A stretch of DNA of 64,000 nucleotides, from contig NC_042999.1 in the NCBI RefSeq assembly GCF_006345805.1, positions 39,556,001 through 39,620,000 of the forward strand, written 5' to 3'. The translations under genes and the position numbers were made by a program. The DNA comes from Octopus sinensis (taxonomy: Eukaryota). Below, in pieces: positions 41,733 to 53,640 of this stretch (the first letter of the stretch is position 1; each line of letters opens with the position of its first letter). The notes under the pieces were generated by a model, which saw only the letters and a program-made list of their open reading frames with translations, ran no database searches and was not told the DNA's origin.

Positions 41733-44603
41733 TCAAGTAAAGAGTTCAGGCCACTTGAGGTCAAGGGAGGCTTTGAACAAAGCGGTCGTCGGCATCTTCA
41801 TCATCTCGTCTGGCAGCTTGTTCCACGGATCCGCAACCCGAACGGAGAAAACTCCTCTCCTTCGATTGAGATGAAATCGTCGCAGGTAGAGCTTTTCGGA
41901 ATGACCCCGCAGCCGACGCTCTGGAGCAGGAGTGAAGAACAGCTCTTTCGAGAGGTTACACTTTCCGCTTATGATGTTGTGGGCGAGAATGAGATCACCA
42001 CGGCGGCGGCGTTTTTCAAGAGAATAAAGGTCGAGCGTTCTCAGCCTTTCTTCGTAGGACAAATTTTTGAGACCATGAACCATGCGGGTAGCCAGCTTCT
42101 GGACTCTTTCGAGATGCTGTATGTCTTTGAGGCGATAAGGAGAAGAGGCTTGAATCCCATACTCCAATATGGGTCTCACCAGCGTGACATAGAGTGGTAG
42201 GAATATGGCTGCTGTGAGCATTCCGAATGACCGTCGAATCAAGAACAGAATTCCGCGTGCTTTGTTGGCAGCATGGACGCACTGGGCCGAAGGCGAAAAG
42301 GAGGAATCCACCAAGATACCTAGGTCCTTTACCTGATCGGTCCTCTCCAGCAGCAGACGACCCGGCTCGAAATCAAGTTGAGATGCAGGGGTAGAGCCGA
42401 TAGGCAGATGACAGCACTTTGACACGTTCAGACACAGGTCCCAATTGTTAGACCACTTCCAAATTTGGTGGAGGCATCGACGAAGATCCTCTATATTACC
42501 GCGAGGAGCGACCAGTTTGATATCGTCGGCAGATAGAAGGGTGTGTTGCGTGAGGTCGTCGGGTAAGTCATTTATGAAGACTAAGAACAACAGGGGCCCA
42601 AGCACTGAACCTTGAGGCACGCCACTGCTCGCACTGGAGACGTCGGACCGCGAACCATTAACTTGGACTTGGAAGGAGCGATCTGAGAGGAAGGCACCAA
42701 CCCATCGTACAATATCCGGATGGAAACTATATGCTTGAAGCTTGACCAGCAAGAGGCGGTGGTTTACCGAGTCAAAAGCTTTGGCAAAGTCCAGTAAAAC
42801 GATGTCAACAGCATCACTATCATCGAGGATGCGCGTCACCAATTCTTCCATTACTAGTAGGTTGGTCAAGCATGATCTCTTCGGCACGAAGCCGTGTTGG
42901 GAATCAGAGATAGAGGCTGTGTTTAGGAGGTGGAGCATCATACTTTTCTTAAGGATGGTTTCGTACATCTTGCTGATAATTGATGTAAGGGAAACCGGTC
43001 GGTAGTTAAGCGGGTCTTCGCGGCTCCCTTTCTTGAAAATTGGGCAGATTATCGCTGTTCTCCAGTCAGCAGGTATAACACCCGTCGCCAATGACATATT
43101 GAATAGTCGTGTTAAGGGCTCGCAGATGACCGGATCCAACGCTTTGATAACCCGTGGGTGTATGCCGTCAGGGCCGTGACCTTTGTTGACATCGAGGCCT
43201 TGAATAACACGTTTGACTTCGTCCCGCGTGATGACCAATCGAAGCATTGGAGGTACCGATCTATCAAATGGAGGGGGTTCACGACAATCATCTTGTTTGA
43301 AAATAGTTGAAAAAGCCTCGGCAAATAATTGACTCTGTTGATAAGGGTCCTCAATCGATACGCCTGTTGAGTCTACCAATGTTGCAATCTGGTTGTTCAA
43401 GCGGGAATTCCGCTGGACATGGGCAAAGAAGGTTTTTGGATTGCTACTGGCATTTGCCGCAGTTTTGTATTCGTAACTGAAGCGTTCTTTCTTTTCAATT
43501 TTCACGGCTCGGTCTCGTTGAGTTTTGTACACCTCAAAAGCTGCAGTCGAATCCAGATTTTTGAATTCAGCCCAAGCAATATCTCTGAGTCGACGTTCTC
43601 GTTTAACCCTCTTCTTCACCCAGGGCTTGTGTTTCTTCCTCTTGGGAAGCCCAACGGGAACTGCCTGGTCAGTCAAACAGATTACATATGCTTTGAGGGA
43701 TGACCATAGTTCGTCAACTGAGGACAACGTCATCAGGGATCGCCACTCCAGAAGCGCGGAAGCCTCGGTTAGAATTTCAAGATTAATTGCAGAGAAGACT
43801 CTACGTGGCAGCGAAGTAATCGTGGGCGTAGAAAAATTTGTGTGCATGACGAACTTCAGGACCGCATGATCATTCTTGGCAAGAGGGGCGCACACAGATA
43901 CGTCTGACACTGATCTTGGATAGCGGGAGAATACCAGATCTAGCATAGATGGCTGCAGCCCAGACAGATGCCTTGTCGGATATTCAACATGTTGCGATAG
44001 AAAACAATCTTCAGCCACGTCAAGAAGGGCCTGGCCGAACCGGGAAGATGTTGTACAAATTGATGTGGGCCAATCGATCGTGGGAGCGTTGAAGTCTCCT
44101 AGTACCAAACAGTCATGCGAAGCTGAAACGAATTTTATCGCTTCGAGTAGATTAGCATCGTCCTGGGGGTCGGCAAGAGGCGGCCTGTAGACAGCCAAAA
44201 CGGGCAGGCAAAACTCAGATAGGCTCAGCTTGCAATAGACGGCATCGAATTTTGTTGTAGGCTGAGCATTAGTGGGTAGAATACCGCTGGACGGTTTGTG
44301 CTCAGACTTAACATACACAGCAACACCTCCACCTCGCCTTTTTCCTCTGTCACATCTGAAAAGGACGTAGCCCGGCAGGTTGATTTCTGAGTCCTTTACT
44401 GCTGGAGTCAGCCAAGTCTCGGTGATAGCTATCACATCAGGGGAGTCACGTATGGCCAGTGTAAATAGTTCACTGAACTTTGGGAATAAGGAGCACGAGT
44501 TGGTGTAGACGATGCTGAGCTGTGAATTCTGAGGGGCGGGAGTTGGGGAGCCAGAGATAGCATCGTTGACGGGGGTATCAACTTCACTTCGATTTGCCCT
44601 CAC
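41733..44603 (-). CDS. ORF2 of a CR1-clade non-LTR retrotransposon (APE endonuclease + reverse transcriptase), 956 codons, GTG start
   Basis: Uninterrupted ORF. APE motifs: YTN, ITETW, VYRPP, GDFNAP, LDLVF, NDH. RT motifs: GPDGIHP, NYRPVSLTS, QHGF..RSCLTNL, LDFAKAFDSVNH, GVPQGSVLGPLLF, SADD, KDLGI. CR1-type C-terminus LERVQKLATRMV..YEERL..LDLYSLEKRRRRGDL..FSVRV..WNKLP. Confidence 0.96.
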   Translation of the reverse strand: MRANRSEVDTPVNDAISGSPTPAPQNSQLSIVYTNSCSLFPKFSELFTLAIRDSPDVIAITETWLTPAVKDSEINLPGYVLFRCDRGKRRGGGVAVYVKSEHKPSSGILPTNAQPTTKFDAVYCKLSLSEFCLPVLAVYRPPLADPQDDANLLEAIKFVSASHDCLVLGDFNAPTIDWPTSICTTSSRFGQALLDVAEDCFLSQHVEYPTRHLSGLQPSMLDLVFSRYPRSVSDVSVCAPLAKNDHAVLKFVMHTNFSTPTITSLPRRVFSAINLEILTEASALLEWRSLMTLSSVDELWSSLKAYVICLTDQAVPVGLPKRKKHKPWVKKRVKRERRLRDIAWAEFKNLDSTAAFEVYKTQRDRAVKIEKKERFSYEYKTAANASSNPKTFFAHVQRNSRLNNQIATLVDSTGVSIEDPYQQSQLFAEAFSTIFKQDDCREPPPFDRSVPPMLRLVITRDEVKRVIQGLDVNKGHGPDGIHPRVIKALDPVICEPLTRLFNMSLATGVIPADWRTAIICPIFKKGSREDPLNYRPVSLTSIISKMYETILKKSMMLHLLNTASISDSQHGFVPKRSCLTNLLVMEELVTRILDDSDAVDIVLLDFAKAFDSVNHRLLLVKLQAYSFHPDIVRWVGAFLSDRSFQVQVNGSRSDVSSASSGVPQGSVLGPLLFLVFINDLPDDLTQHTLLSADDIKLVAPRGNIEDLRRCLHQIWKWSNNWDLCLNVSKCCHLPIGSTPASQLDFEPGRLLLERTDQVKDLGILVDSSFSPSAQCVHAANKARGILFLIRRSFGMLTAAIFLPLYVTLVRPILEYGIQASSPYRLKDIQHLERVQKLATRMVHGLKNLSYEERLRTLDLYSLEKRRRRGDLILAHNIISGKCNLSKELFFTPAPERRLRGHSEKLYLRRFHLNRRRGVFSVRVADPWNKLPDEMMKMPTTALFKASLDLKWPELFT

Positions 44604-44710
44604 ATCTCTTTCCCTGTCAGCACTACAGCATGGGACCAGAGGTAGGACTTGATTATCTGTCCATCTTGGATTCGTAAACCCTTCTCTCCCCTTTGTTTCC
44701 TCATCTTTAG
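44600..44710 (-). pseudogene. C-terminal stub of LINE ORF1 (LKMRKQRGEKGLRIQDGQIIKSYLWSHAVVLTGKEM*)
   Basis: Hand translation. The RxxxGEKGLRIQDGQI pattern resembles CR1-type ORF1 C-termini, and its stop codon overlaps the ORF2 GTG. Confidence 0.7.
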
Positions 44711-44778
44711 TATATATATATATACCAAGTACAACTACTTACATATACCAACGTGTACATATATATATATATATATAT

Positions 44779-44818
<40 letters not shown>

Positions 44819-45044
44819 GTTGCACACGAGCAGTTTAAATTGCCCGCCTAAAACTCCTCGTGTGAGATGGTCAAAATACCACCACAGTAAATATAAGGAC
44901 AAAATAAAAATCTAAATTTGTATAAATAAGGATAAGATCGTTATATGGTGGTGTATGAACATTTAATGTGTTTTTAGAGTCAAGTTTTTGCTACTATAAC
45001 TAGCATGGTGGTATCTCTTAGATACGCTTAATTATAATTTTATC

Positions 45045-45077
<33 letters not shown>

Positions 45078-45086
45078 GTATATGTA

Positions 45087-45181
<95 letters not shown>

Positions 45182-46884
45182 AGCAACATGCAATATAAAT
45201 TTCTAGCTTTAACTTTTGATAATGATGAGATACACCGTGTTCCGTATAATGGATATTCATAGTAAACAATACAATATGTACTGAATACGTTCATAAACGG
45301 AAAGCACTTAAAAATTGCACAGTCTGAATAAAATGACTGAGATTAGCTTGCATTTTCTGACGTATTAAAAGACAACAGATTATTCACGGTTCAATGCTGA
45401 TATATTATTATCGGTGACTGGTAATTTTTCTCTTCCGGTGAATATTCGGTTATTTCAGACAGTAAATAATTACATAGATGGATTGAGTAAGTCGGTTATA
45501 AATATGTATAGAGTTATTAAGTAGAGAGGACCTAAGAGTTGAATGTAGTGATAACACGAAAAAAAGATACATGAAAATAAAGAAATACATAATATATCGT
45601 CAGTGACAAAATGTGAAAGTATCCGGTTCATATGTTTGTAGCATTGTTATTACACTTGACAATGGGATACTACTTATAGATACCATTAAGTCATTTTCAC
45701 TTCGGGGGATTTATTGCCTATTTCTCATTAAATATCATTCCGGATAGAATATAACAAGAAATCAATAATGTCTGACCATCGTCTAAAAGGTGCAGTAAGT
45801 ACATATTAAATTTAATTGGAAGAAAGTAAATAAGATCTTATACGTTCTTAGAAAAATCCGAAACCGTCTGCATATTTTCTACGCCATATTCTGCGTGTGT
45901 ATTTTCATTTTCAAAATGCTTTTCAGAATGCCTTATCGTTATTGATCAGATTAAAGGAATTCTTCTAATTTGATATCACCGGCACTTGCTGAATTCAAAT
46001 AATTATATTTCCATAGATTTCAGTTCTATTATATCGACGTTCGAAATTATTTAAAATTTTATCCGAGTACAACAGAAGAAAATTTGAATAAAAATAATAC
46101 GCTATCATATATGAGTAGGCATATAATCTTGTACTCAAATTATTTGTATAGCTACGATGTGTTAAATACATAGATTTACACTCCGAACCAAAATGGCAGA
46201 CTTTCTATACTATTTCATCTATACTTTATTTATATTTTTTTACATGTGTAATTTTTTAATTAATATTATTTCTAAAACATTGTAATTCACTGCATTATAT
46301 TATTGAAAGTAGTTTGCGATGAAGAATTTTCGAAAATTGTGCAACATATTTTACTGGGATCTTTTTTATCGATGCATATTTTTGTATCAATAGCGAGGAT
46401 ATGAGAGTTGTCTCCTCATGAAAATAATGGAATACACACACTACTATTAATAAGAAAATCTACATATTGCGCATCAACTTTATCCCTGATATATATATAT
46501 ATATATATATATATGCAAGACTACTATTTCTTCATGAGATTTTTATAGACGATTCAATTATTATACCCACTTTGGAGTTATGTTCGATATTTCGGGAAAA
46601 AACACCCACGAAAACAAAAGCTGGTGAATACAACGGACTGATGTGGCAGGAACGTTAGAATGGAAAAACATCCTTTACAAGATTTCCTCGAGCTCTGGCT
46701 TTGAGATCATAAGTTTCCTTGCATGGCATAAGGTAACTAAATTTTCATATATGCCGTGCGATATTTTGTAAAATGCTGGTGTGCCAAGAAATTAAGAAGT
46801 AAATGGCGATATTGCAAAAGAAAACTAAATAGTGAAAAAAGAGGAACATATATAAAGTTATATAAACGTGAAAAATTTAAAAAC

Positions 46885-46932
46885 AGATTCATATATATAT
46901 ATATGTGTGTGTGGGTGTATATATATATATAC

Positions 46933-46990
<58 letters not shown>

Positions 46991-47023
46991 TGTATATACA
47001 CACATATATATATGTACACACAC

Positions 47024-47054
<31 letters not shown>

Positions 47055-47120
47055 TTATATATGTATATATATATATATACATATATATATGTATATATTT
47101 ATGTATATGCCAGCATGTAT
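46885..47120. repeat. (TA)n/(CA)n microsatellite block
   Basis: Read directly from the sequence. Confidence 0.9.
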
Positions 47121-47717
47121 CAGTCCGATTGCACGAATGTATAACGGAATATATGTATCTGTGTGTATGTCGCGGTCTTATTACACAAATATATAATGGA
47201 GATAGATACATAGATAATGTATGTATAATATTGTCAGCAATAGTATTAGTATTGTCAGCAATACTAATTTGATGCTAAAACAAAATGCTGACACAAAAAA
47301 AAATGTCTCGTGTGCATTACGAAACTAATAGATTTGAGATATATTTCTTTAGAAATATAAAACCAACCAAAAACATTCGAATTCATTGCATTTGTTCATA
47401 CGAAAACTGAACTATACGAAATATACCCCTGATAATTGAAATAAGGTAACTTTGGAAAACGGTCCTAAAAGCAATTAAAAGAATATTACGTATCAGATGG
47501 CTCTTACTCTGCTTTTAGTATCAGCTGATAAGACAGAGCATCATAAGTTTACAGATAATTTACAATATTTTCTTATGATAGGTGTTATATGATCTCATCT
47601 GATATGAACTCGGTAAGCGTATCTCATGTTTTATTTCTGTATCTTGGGTATATTTGGAGAAACGTTTACTTCCATATGGCGAATTCCTGCATATCAATGA
47701 AATATTTTATCACTATA

Positions 47718-47842
47718 TTCTTCTTCTTCTTCTTCTTCTTCTTCTTCTTCTTCTTCTTCTTCTTCTTCTTCTTCTTCTTCTTCTTCTTCTTCTTCTTCTA
47801 CTACTACTACTACTACTACTACTACTAGTAGTAGTAGTAGTA
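47718..47842. repeat. Compound (TTC)n(CTA)n(GTA)n microsatellite
   Basis: Read directly from the sequence. Confidence 0.95.
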
Positions 47843-47951
47843 TTTCCTCTTTATCTTTTTCTTCTTCATTTCCTTGCAAATGACGTGCAACAGGAAATGG
47901 TCTGGTAAGCAACACACACACACACACACACTCATACATATATGCACATAT

Positions 47952-48270
47952 GCAGGTGTGGCTGTGTGGTAAGTAGTTCAGTAGCACCTTGGGCAAGTGT
48001 CGACCAAAGCCTTGTGAGTGGATTTGGTAGACGGAAACTGAAAGAAGCCTGTCGTATATATGTATATATATATGTATGTGCGTGTATATGTTTGCGTGTC
48101 TGTGTTCGTTCTCCCAACATTACTTGACAACTTAGCGTCCCCGTAACTTAGCGTTTCGGCAAAAGAGAGCGATAGAATATGTACTAGGCTTACAAAGAAT
48201 AAATCCTCGGGTCTATTTGCTCAACTAACGGCGGTTAGAGGCGCAGTGAAATGACTTCAACAAGTAAAGA
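47952..48270 (+). mobile_element. SINE family B copy (internally deleted)
   Basis: gtggctgtgtggtaagtag head and gaaactgaaagaagcc..microsatellite..gatagaat tail. Confidence 0.8.
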
Positions 48271-48699
48271 GTATATATGTACCGTTTTTCCTCTGTCTTC
48301 CCTTCTCTGGATCTCTCCTTCTCCTATGTTTCCGACGAAGAGTGTGTGTATGTGGATGTGTGTTTGTGCGTGAGTGTATGTGTGTGTGTGTGTATGTGCG
48401 CGGAAGTTTGAAAACAAACACTCGAGGTGATTTATATGGCTAAAAGTCAAGGTAGAAAATGCTAAAAGAATTTTATGAAAATCATTTCAGTACTGGTTTC
48501 AACGCATTGAGACGTTTTCAACTGTAAGTATGGAAAACAATTAAATTTTTATAAAAATTAAAAGTAGCGTTTTTTAAAAGAATATTTGTATCGTATTCAA
48601 ACACAAGGGGCATTTCCCTTGTTTCTGCCTGTCTCTGTCTCTCTTGTGGGTTCGAGGTCGTTATGAATTCTTGGTAGCCTCCAACAAGATTCAGTACCA

Positions 48700-49084
48700 T
48701 CCCACATCTCCAAAGAGACACGAAACTGGATTCTGAAAAATATCTAGTCGTTCATAAGCAAAGATATATGACCCTCAAGAAGCCCAGATCTCAACCCGTT
48801 GATTTTTCTGTTTGGTCAGTTTTAGACACGGGGATCTTGAGCACTACTCGTGCTTCGCTTGACTCCCTGTACCAGGAATGGTGTCTTCGATTTCACAAAA
48901 ACAGCTGCGTGCTGCGTGTGTAACGTTCGCACCTAGATTAAGACCGTGATTCGAATAAATGTATTAGTGTCATAGTTTTGTTTCATTAACCATTGCATTA
49001 CAACGCTCGGACCAAAAATATAACAATAATTTACTATGGCAAAATTGAAATTAATTGGTTGCCTTAATTTTGGGATAACCTGTA
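48700..49084 (+). mobile_element. 3' fragment of a Tc1/mariner transposon with terminal inverted repeat
   Basis: Translates to SKETRNWILKN..ISKDI*PSRSPDLNP (WPxxSPDLNP motif) and ends gccttaattttgggataacctgta. Confidence 0.75.
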
Positions 49085-50999
49085 TGCTGAACACGTTGCC
49101 TATGAGTGTGTGTGCGCACAGTCAAGTGTGAGTGTATGTGTATGTGTATACGTGCGCGCCTACAGAGGATGTTAGTGTGTAGTTGAGTTACACACCATCG
49201 AGAACCTTCTACTATCCTGGGATTACAACATTTATAAAAAAAACTTGCCAAACTGCAGAAATTTGTGGCAAAGAAGAAGATATTTGAATTTGCCTCCATA
49301 GGACTTTCAAAGCAACTGAACCAGCATTTCGGTTTCACTTTTTATCTAACTCTCTAATTGTTCGTACTCCGAGTCTTCTTATCGTAGTTATAGCAATCAT
49401 TGTGCATAGGTCAGCTCGAGAACATTTCATTCTCTTCTCACATCTCTACTGCGTATAAATGAGTGCACGTGTGTGTCTGCCAATGTGTGAGCATTTACAT
49501 GTATTTCTGCAGAAGGGAGGTGTTGCTACCATCATCAACCTCTCATCAACCGTCTATTGCGCTCTTATCTTTATCCCACCATCCTTCTTCATACACCTTC
49601 ACAATCTGTGCCCTCATGAAAATGATACTGAGCAAAATTTGCATTAGCTGGAATACATTAGGCCACGTAAGCGACTTAGCTTCTTAGATTATTAGAGAAC
49701 GTTAGCGAATTGTACTGTCCAAGCTGGTTAATTATCTTATGTGACATTAGCAATAGTTTTTTTTTTCTGGAACAAGAGCATGTTTTAAAAATCTTAAAAT
49801 CGAATTACATTTTCTGTATGTATTGTAAATATAACGTCGTTCTTACCGTGCTTGTTATAAGAGTACTTACAATGTCAAAAGGCTTTGCTTCCAGTCAAGG
49901 TCATGTAAATGTTACTGTGCAAGCTTCTTCAGTATGGTGGACTGCAAATATATTTCAACACTTCCTCGACACAAGGTGTAGTCCTTGTAACAGAGGTCCC
50001 AGGAAGATGATAAAAAGAGTGAAAGCTTAAACTTCCAGCCGACGAGTAGCAGACGTTTCTATGGAAATCGCATGATCAGCATCTACTTTTCTATTCATAG
50101 GTGTAGACAATACTGGCTCTTTAAATACATTTAACATTTTCCTTTCATTCCAATCTGATTTAAGACCTCGGTTATATACAGTTAAACAGTTCGGCTCTTA
50201 TGAACTCTTCAGTAAGAATAAGGTCTCATCATGGCATATCGCAGTAGATTTCCGCGAGTTTGCTTTTATGATTCTGGACGTGTGTGAGGGGAGGCAACTC
50301 GTGGATTACCACTTCTCGTGAACGGCAGGCAGCAGTTCTTGTTTCTTTGAATTTTGTTCGTTTAGCGCATTATCGCAATATTCTTCATTTGTTTATTGTC
50401 TGCTGCATACATTTATAGGACAAACACGTGTAGGATAATTACGCCAAAAATAAATACGCTCACTGGTTCTGTTTCACTACCTAATTTAGTATTAATCAGC
50501 TAATTAAACTTTTAAACAATTATTTTATCGATTAACTGTTTAATCGATCAGTTAATCTGTCAATCGCATATCCTTCTTTAGAGTCCTTCTTTTGCCATTT
50601 ACGATTGTATGACCGAATTGTTAATGAAACACTCGTGTAGTTAACTGGTCAAATGCTGACTACTATCTAATAAAAGAAGTTAAATGAAACATTGCAGATG
50701 TCAATTATTCATATGATGATCCTTATAAAGCACAAGAAAATCATCCTTACAATTTATTTTTTGCATACTGGTCACCTACTTTACGTTGACTTGTTTGCCT
50801 TAGCTTTTTTTTTATGAGCAATGATGCCTTGCTCCTGATAAGCAAGTGAGATATGACAAATTGTCTGGGATTTAGTATTGGCAGTTAATGAAGAAACGAA
50901 GCAGAAACATTTGTACCTAGTGTCCTGAAATTGTGCATGTATGTCTCTTTATATGTCTCGCTATCTCACCCCATACATACATTCATACACATACACACT

Positions 51000-51032
<33 letters not shown>

Positions 51033-51074
51033 TCACGCTCACGTAGGATTATATCTACCTTTTTGTGTATAGTC

Positions 51075-51290
51075 TTCTTTTTACTCTTTTTACTTGTTGA
51101 AGTCATTTGACTGTGGCCATGCTGGAGCACCGCCTTTAGTCGAGCAAATTGACCCCAGGGCTTATTCTTTGTAAGCCGAGTACTTATTCCATTGTCTCTT
51201 TTGCCGAACCTCTATGTTACGGGACACGTGAACACACCAGCATCGGTTATCAAGGGATGCTGGGGGGACAAACACAGACACACACACACA

Positions 51291-51377
<87 letters not shown>

Positions 51378-51523
51378 CGACGAGCTTCTTTCAGTTTCCG
51401 TCTACGAAGCTTTGGTCGGCCCGAGGTTATAGTAGAAGACATTTGCCCAAGGTGCCACACAGTGGGACTGAAATCGGAACCATGTGGTTGGTAAGGAAGC
51501 TATTTACCACAGAACCACTCCTG
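51075..51523 (-). mobile_element. SINE family B copy
   Basis: Homologous to 12140-12558. Confidence 0.88.
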
Positions 51524-52061
51524 CGTCTGTATGTGTGTATTTGTGTGTGTATGCGTGTGTACATGTGTGCAGTTGCTTGTGAGAGTGATCTGCTGTAATT
51601 CAATCTTGTATCTGTGCACCGTAGTGTAACCAGTCCTATCTCTGCATACACCGTCATTGTAACACAAACTCACATTTTCATAAAGTAGTTTGCAATCGTT
51701 TTCGTCACCTATATGCTAAGTAGTTTAGATTCGCACGTCAGCTGTCAACGTATATTGCCATTGTGTCAAGCTGGAAATGACAGCTGGAATAAAGGGAATG
51801 CATAGATTGCAAAGTGTGTTATTGGAAATAATCGAGAAATATTGTATTGGATAAAAGTTATTTAATATTACTTGCAGAAAATTAATAATTTCAGAGAGAA
51901 AATAGCCATATTTTAATATAACTTCGCAACAAGACAAATTCTCCATTGGAAATCGAAAAGTCTCTTTTCCCTTTCATAGGAATACAAAGTGAATACAAAC
52001 CATCATACACACACAAATGCGCACGGAATACATACATACACACACATACACAAACTTACAT

Positions 52062-52106
<45 letters not shown>

Positions 52107-52122
52107 GAAAACAAGATTCAGC

Positions 52123-52123
<1 letters not shown>

Positions 52124-52195
<72 letters not shown>

Positions 52196-52245
52196 GGATG
52201 GATGGATAGCTGGATGGATGGATGGATGGAGAGATAGATACATAA

Positions 52246-52317
<72 letters not shown>

Positions 52318-52345
52318 GTAGACAGATAGATAGATGGATAGATAG
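52124..52345. repeat. (GATA)n/(GGAT)n tetranucleotide array
   Basis: Read directly from the sequence. Confidence 0.95.
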
Positions 52346-53279
52346 AAAGAGAGAGAGAGAGACATAGAGGAATTGAGTTAGATACGGATATGAGTATATA
52401 TAGACAAACACACACACACGCACGTATAAATGTGTGCTTGTGGTAGTGTTGTGTATGGCTGTGAGAGAGAAAGAGAGTGGGGCGTATATACACACAAGCA
52501 ATTACAAGCGTATGTATCTTTATGTGCACATAAATATGCATAATATATGCGTATCTGTGAGTGTGTAACGTAATTACATGTACCTCTGTTTAATGCGTAC
52601 ACGCCCCAACACAGCATATTCTATATATTTATAAAACATTTACATATATATATGTAATAATCATACATGCTAGTTGTAAGATCTCTCTAAGAGATTAACA
52701 CAGTGGTTGTACAAACAAGTAATGATCGTTGCCACTTCAACACGGCTGTCCATTCCAACAGACGTTACTGCGATTTTTTTAATATCAAAGGGCCATCTCC
52801 TCTAGATGGTTAACGTTACACAGCTGTATCCGAGATATTGCGAGCAGGAGAGCGAACTACTACCACTTTCTACCGACGGAAACCGCAGACTAACCAGGTT
52901 TCGGGCTATTTATGCTTCTCTTGAATACTGGACACCTCGCCTGCTAGAGATGGCAGTAGCTCACTTCTGCTAGCAATATATAATTGAATATATTTAATGT
53001 GAAACATTTCAATAGATAATTTCAAGCGACATAGATTTGCTGATTTACCTCCCAAAAAAAGTATTGGATCTTTCCCTTGTAACCTACAGATTAAAAAAAA
53101 TAATTTTTTGTAACTAAAGACTTTCAAACTTCGGACACTTTTACTCTTAGCCTTTTTGAGAAAAACGTATATTTACGATGTGATTTCACGTTAAGTTCTT
53201 GTATTTCGGTAGTTTCAACCAATCATTGAGGTGTATTCAGCCGAATAAAATTACTGTAGTTGTTTGCCAACAACAACGA

Positions 53280-53640
53280 TCGGCGGTGTAATTTTCGTTT
53301 GTCACATTTCGGGGTTGATAAATTAAGTACCAGTTGCATACTGGGGTCGATCTTATTGACTGGCCCTTCCCCCAAAATTTCGGGCCTTGTGCCTAGAACA
53401 GAAAAGAATATATACGCCAGTATACGGCGGCGAGCTCTCAGAAACGTTTGCACGCAAAGCAAAATATTTAGTGGTATTTCATCTGTCCTTATGTTCTGAG
53501 TTCAAATTCCGTTGCGGTCGACTTTGCGTTTTGTCATTTTGTGGTCGATAAATTAAATACTAGTTGCATTCTGGATCGATCCAATCGACTCGCTCCCACC
53601 CACAAAATTTCGGGCCTTGTGCCTAGAGTAGAAAATAATA
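53280..53640 (+). mobile_element. Two tandem SINE family A copies (first is 5'-truncated)
   Basis: The tail caaaatttcgggccttgtgcctaga occurs twice, about 230 bp apart. Confidence 0.85.

Larger units (their letters stand above)
41649..44710 (-). mobile_element. Young 5'-truncated CR1-clade LINE inserted in (TA)n
   Basis: Contains ORF2, a 37-codon ORF1-like C-terminal stub (44600-44710), a 64-bp 3'UTR with a 6-bp stem-loop (41695-41712) and a (TAAC)5 tail (41649-41668). (TA)n flanks both ends, with an abrupt jump in GC and CpG content. Confidence 0.92.

Noticed and set aside
42742-43869. Other plus-strand ORFs inside the LINE
   Set aside because: Antisense shadows of a GC-rich coding sequence with no recognisable motifs.
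45767-45975. ATG exon MSDHRLKGA with a gtaagt donor and a nearby acceptor
   Set aside because: The spliced product stops after 22 aa. Such splice-site pairs arise by chance in AT-rich DNA.
47589-47996. Poly-E, poly-L and poly-F ORFs
   Set aside because: Translation of the (TTC)n(CTA)n tract.
52003-52541. SIYL-repeat ORFs
   Set aside because: Translation of the (GATA)n array.
52788-52965. CTCF-like or inverted ccatctc..gagatgg motifs
   Set aside because: The match is imperfect and short, with no other support.
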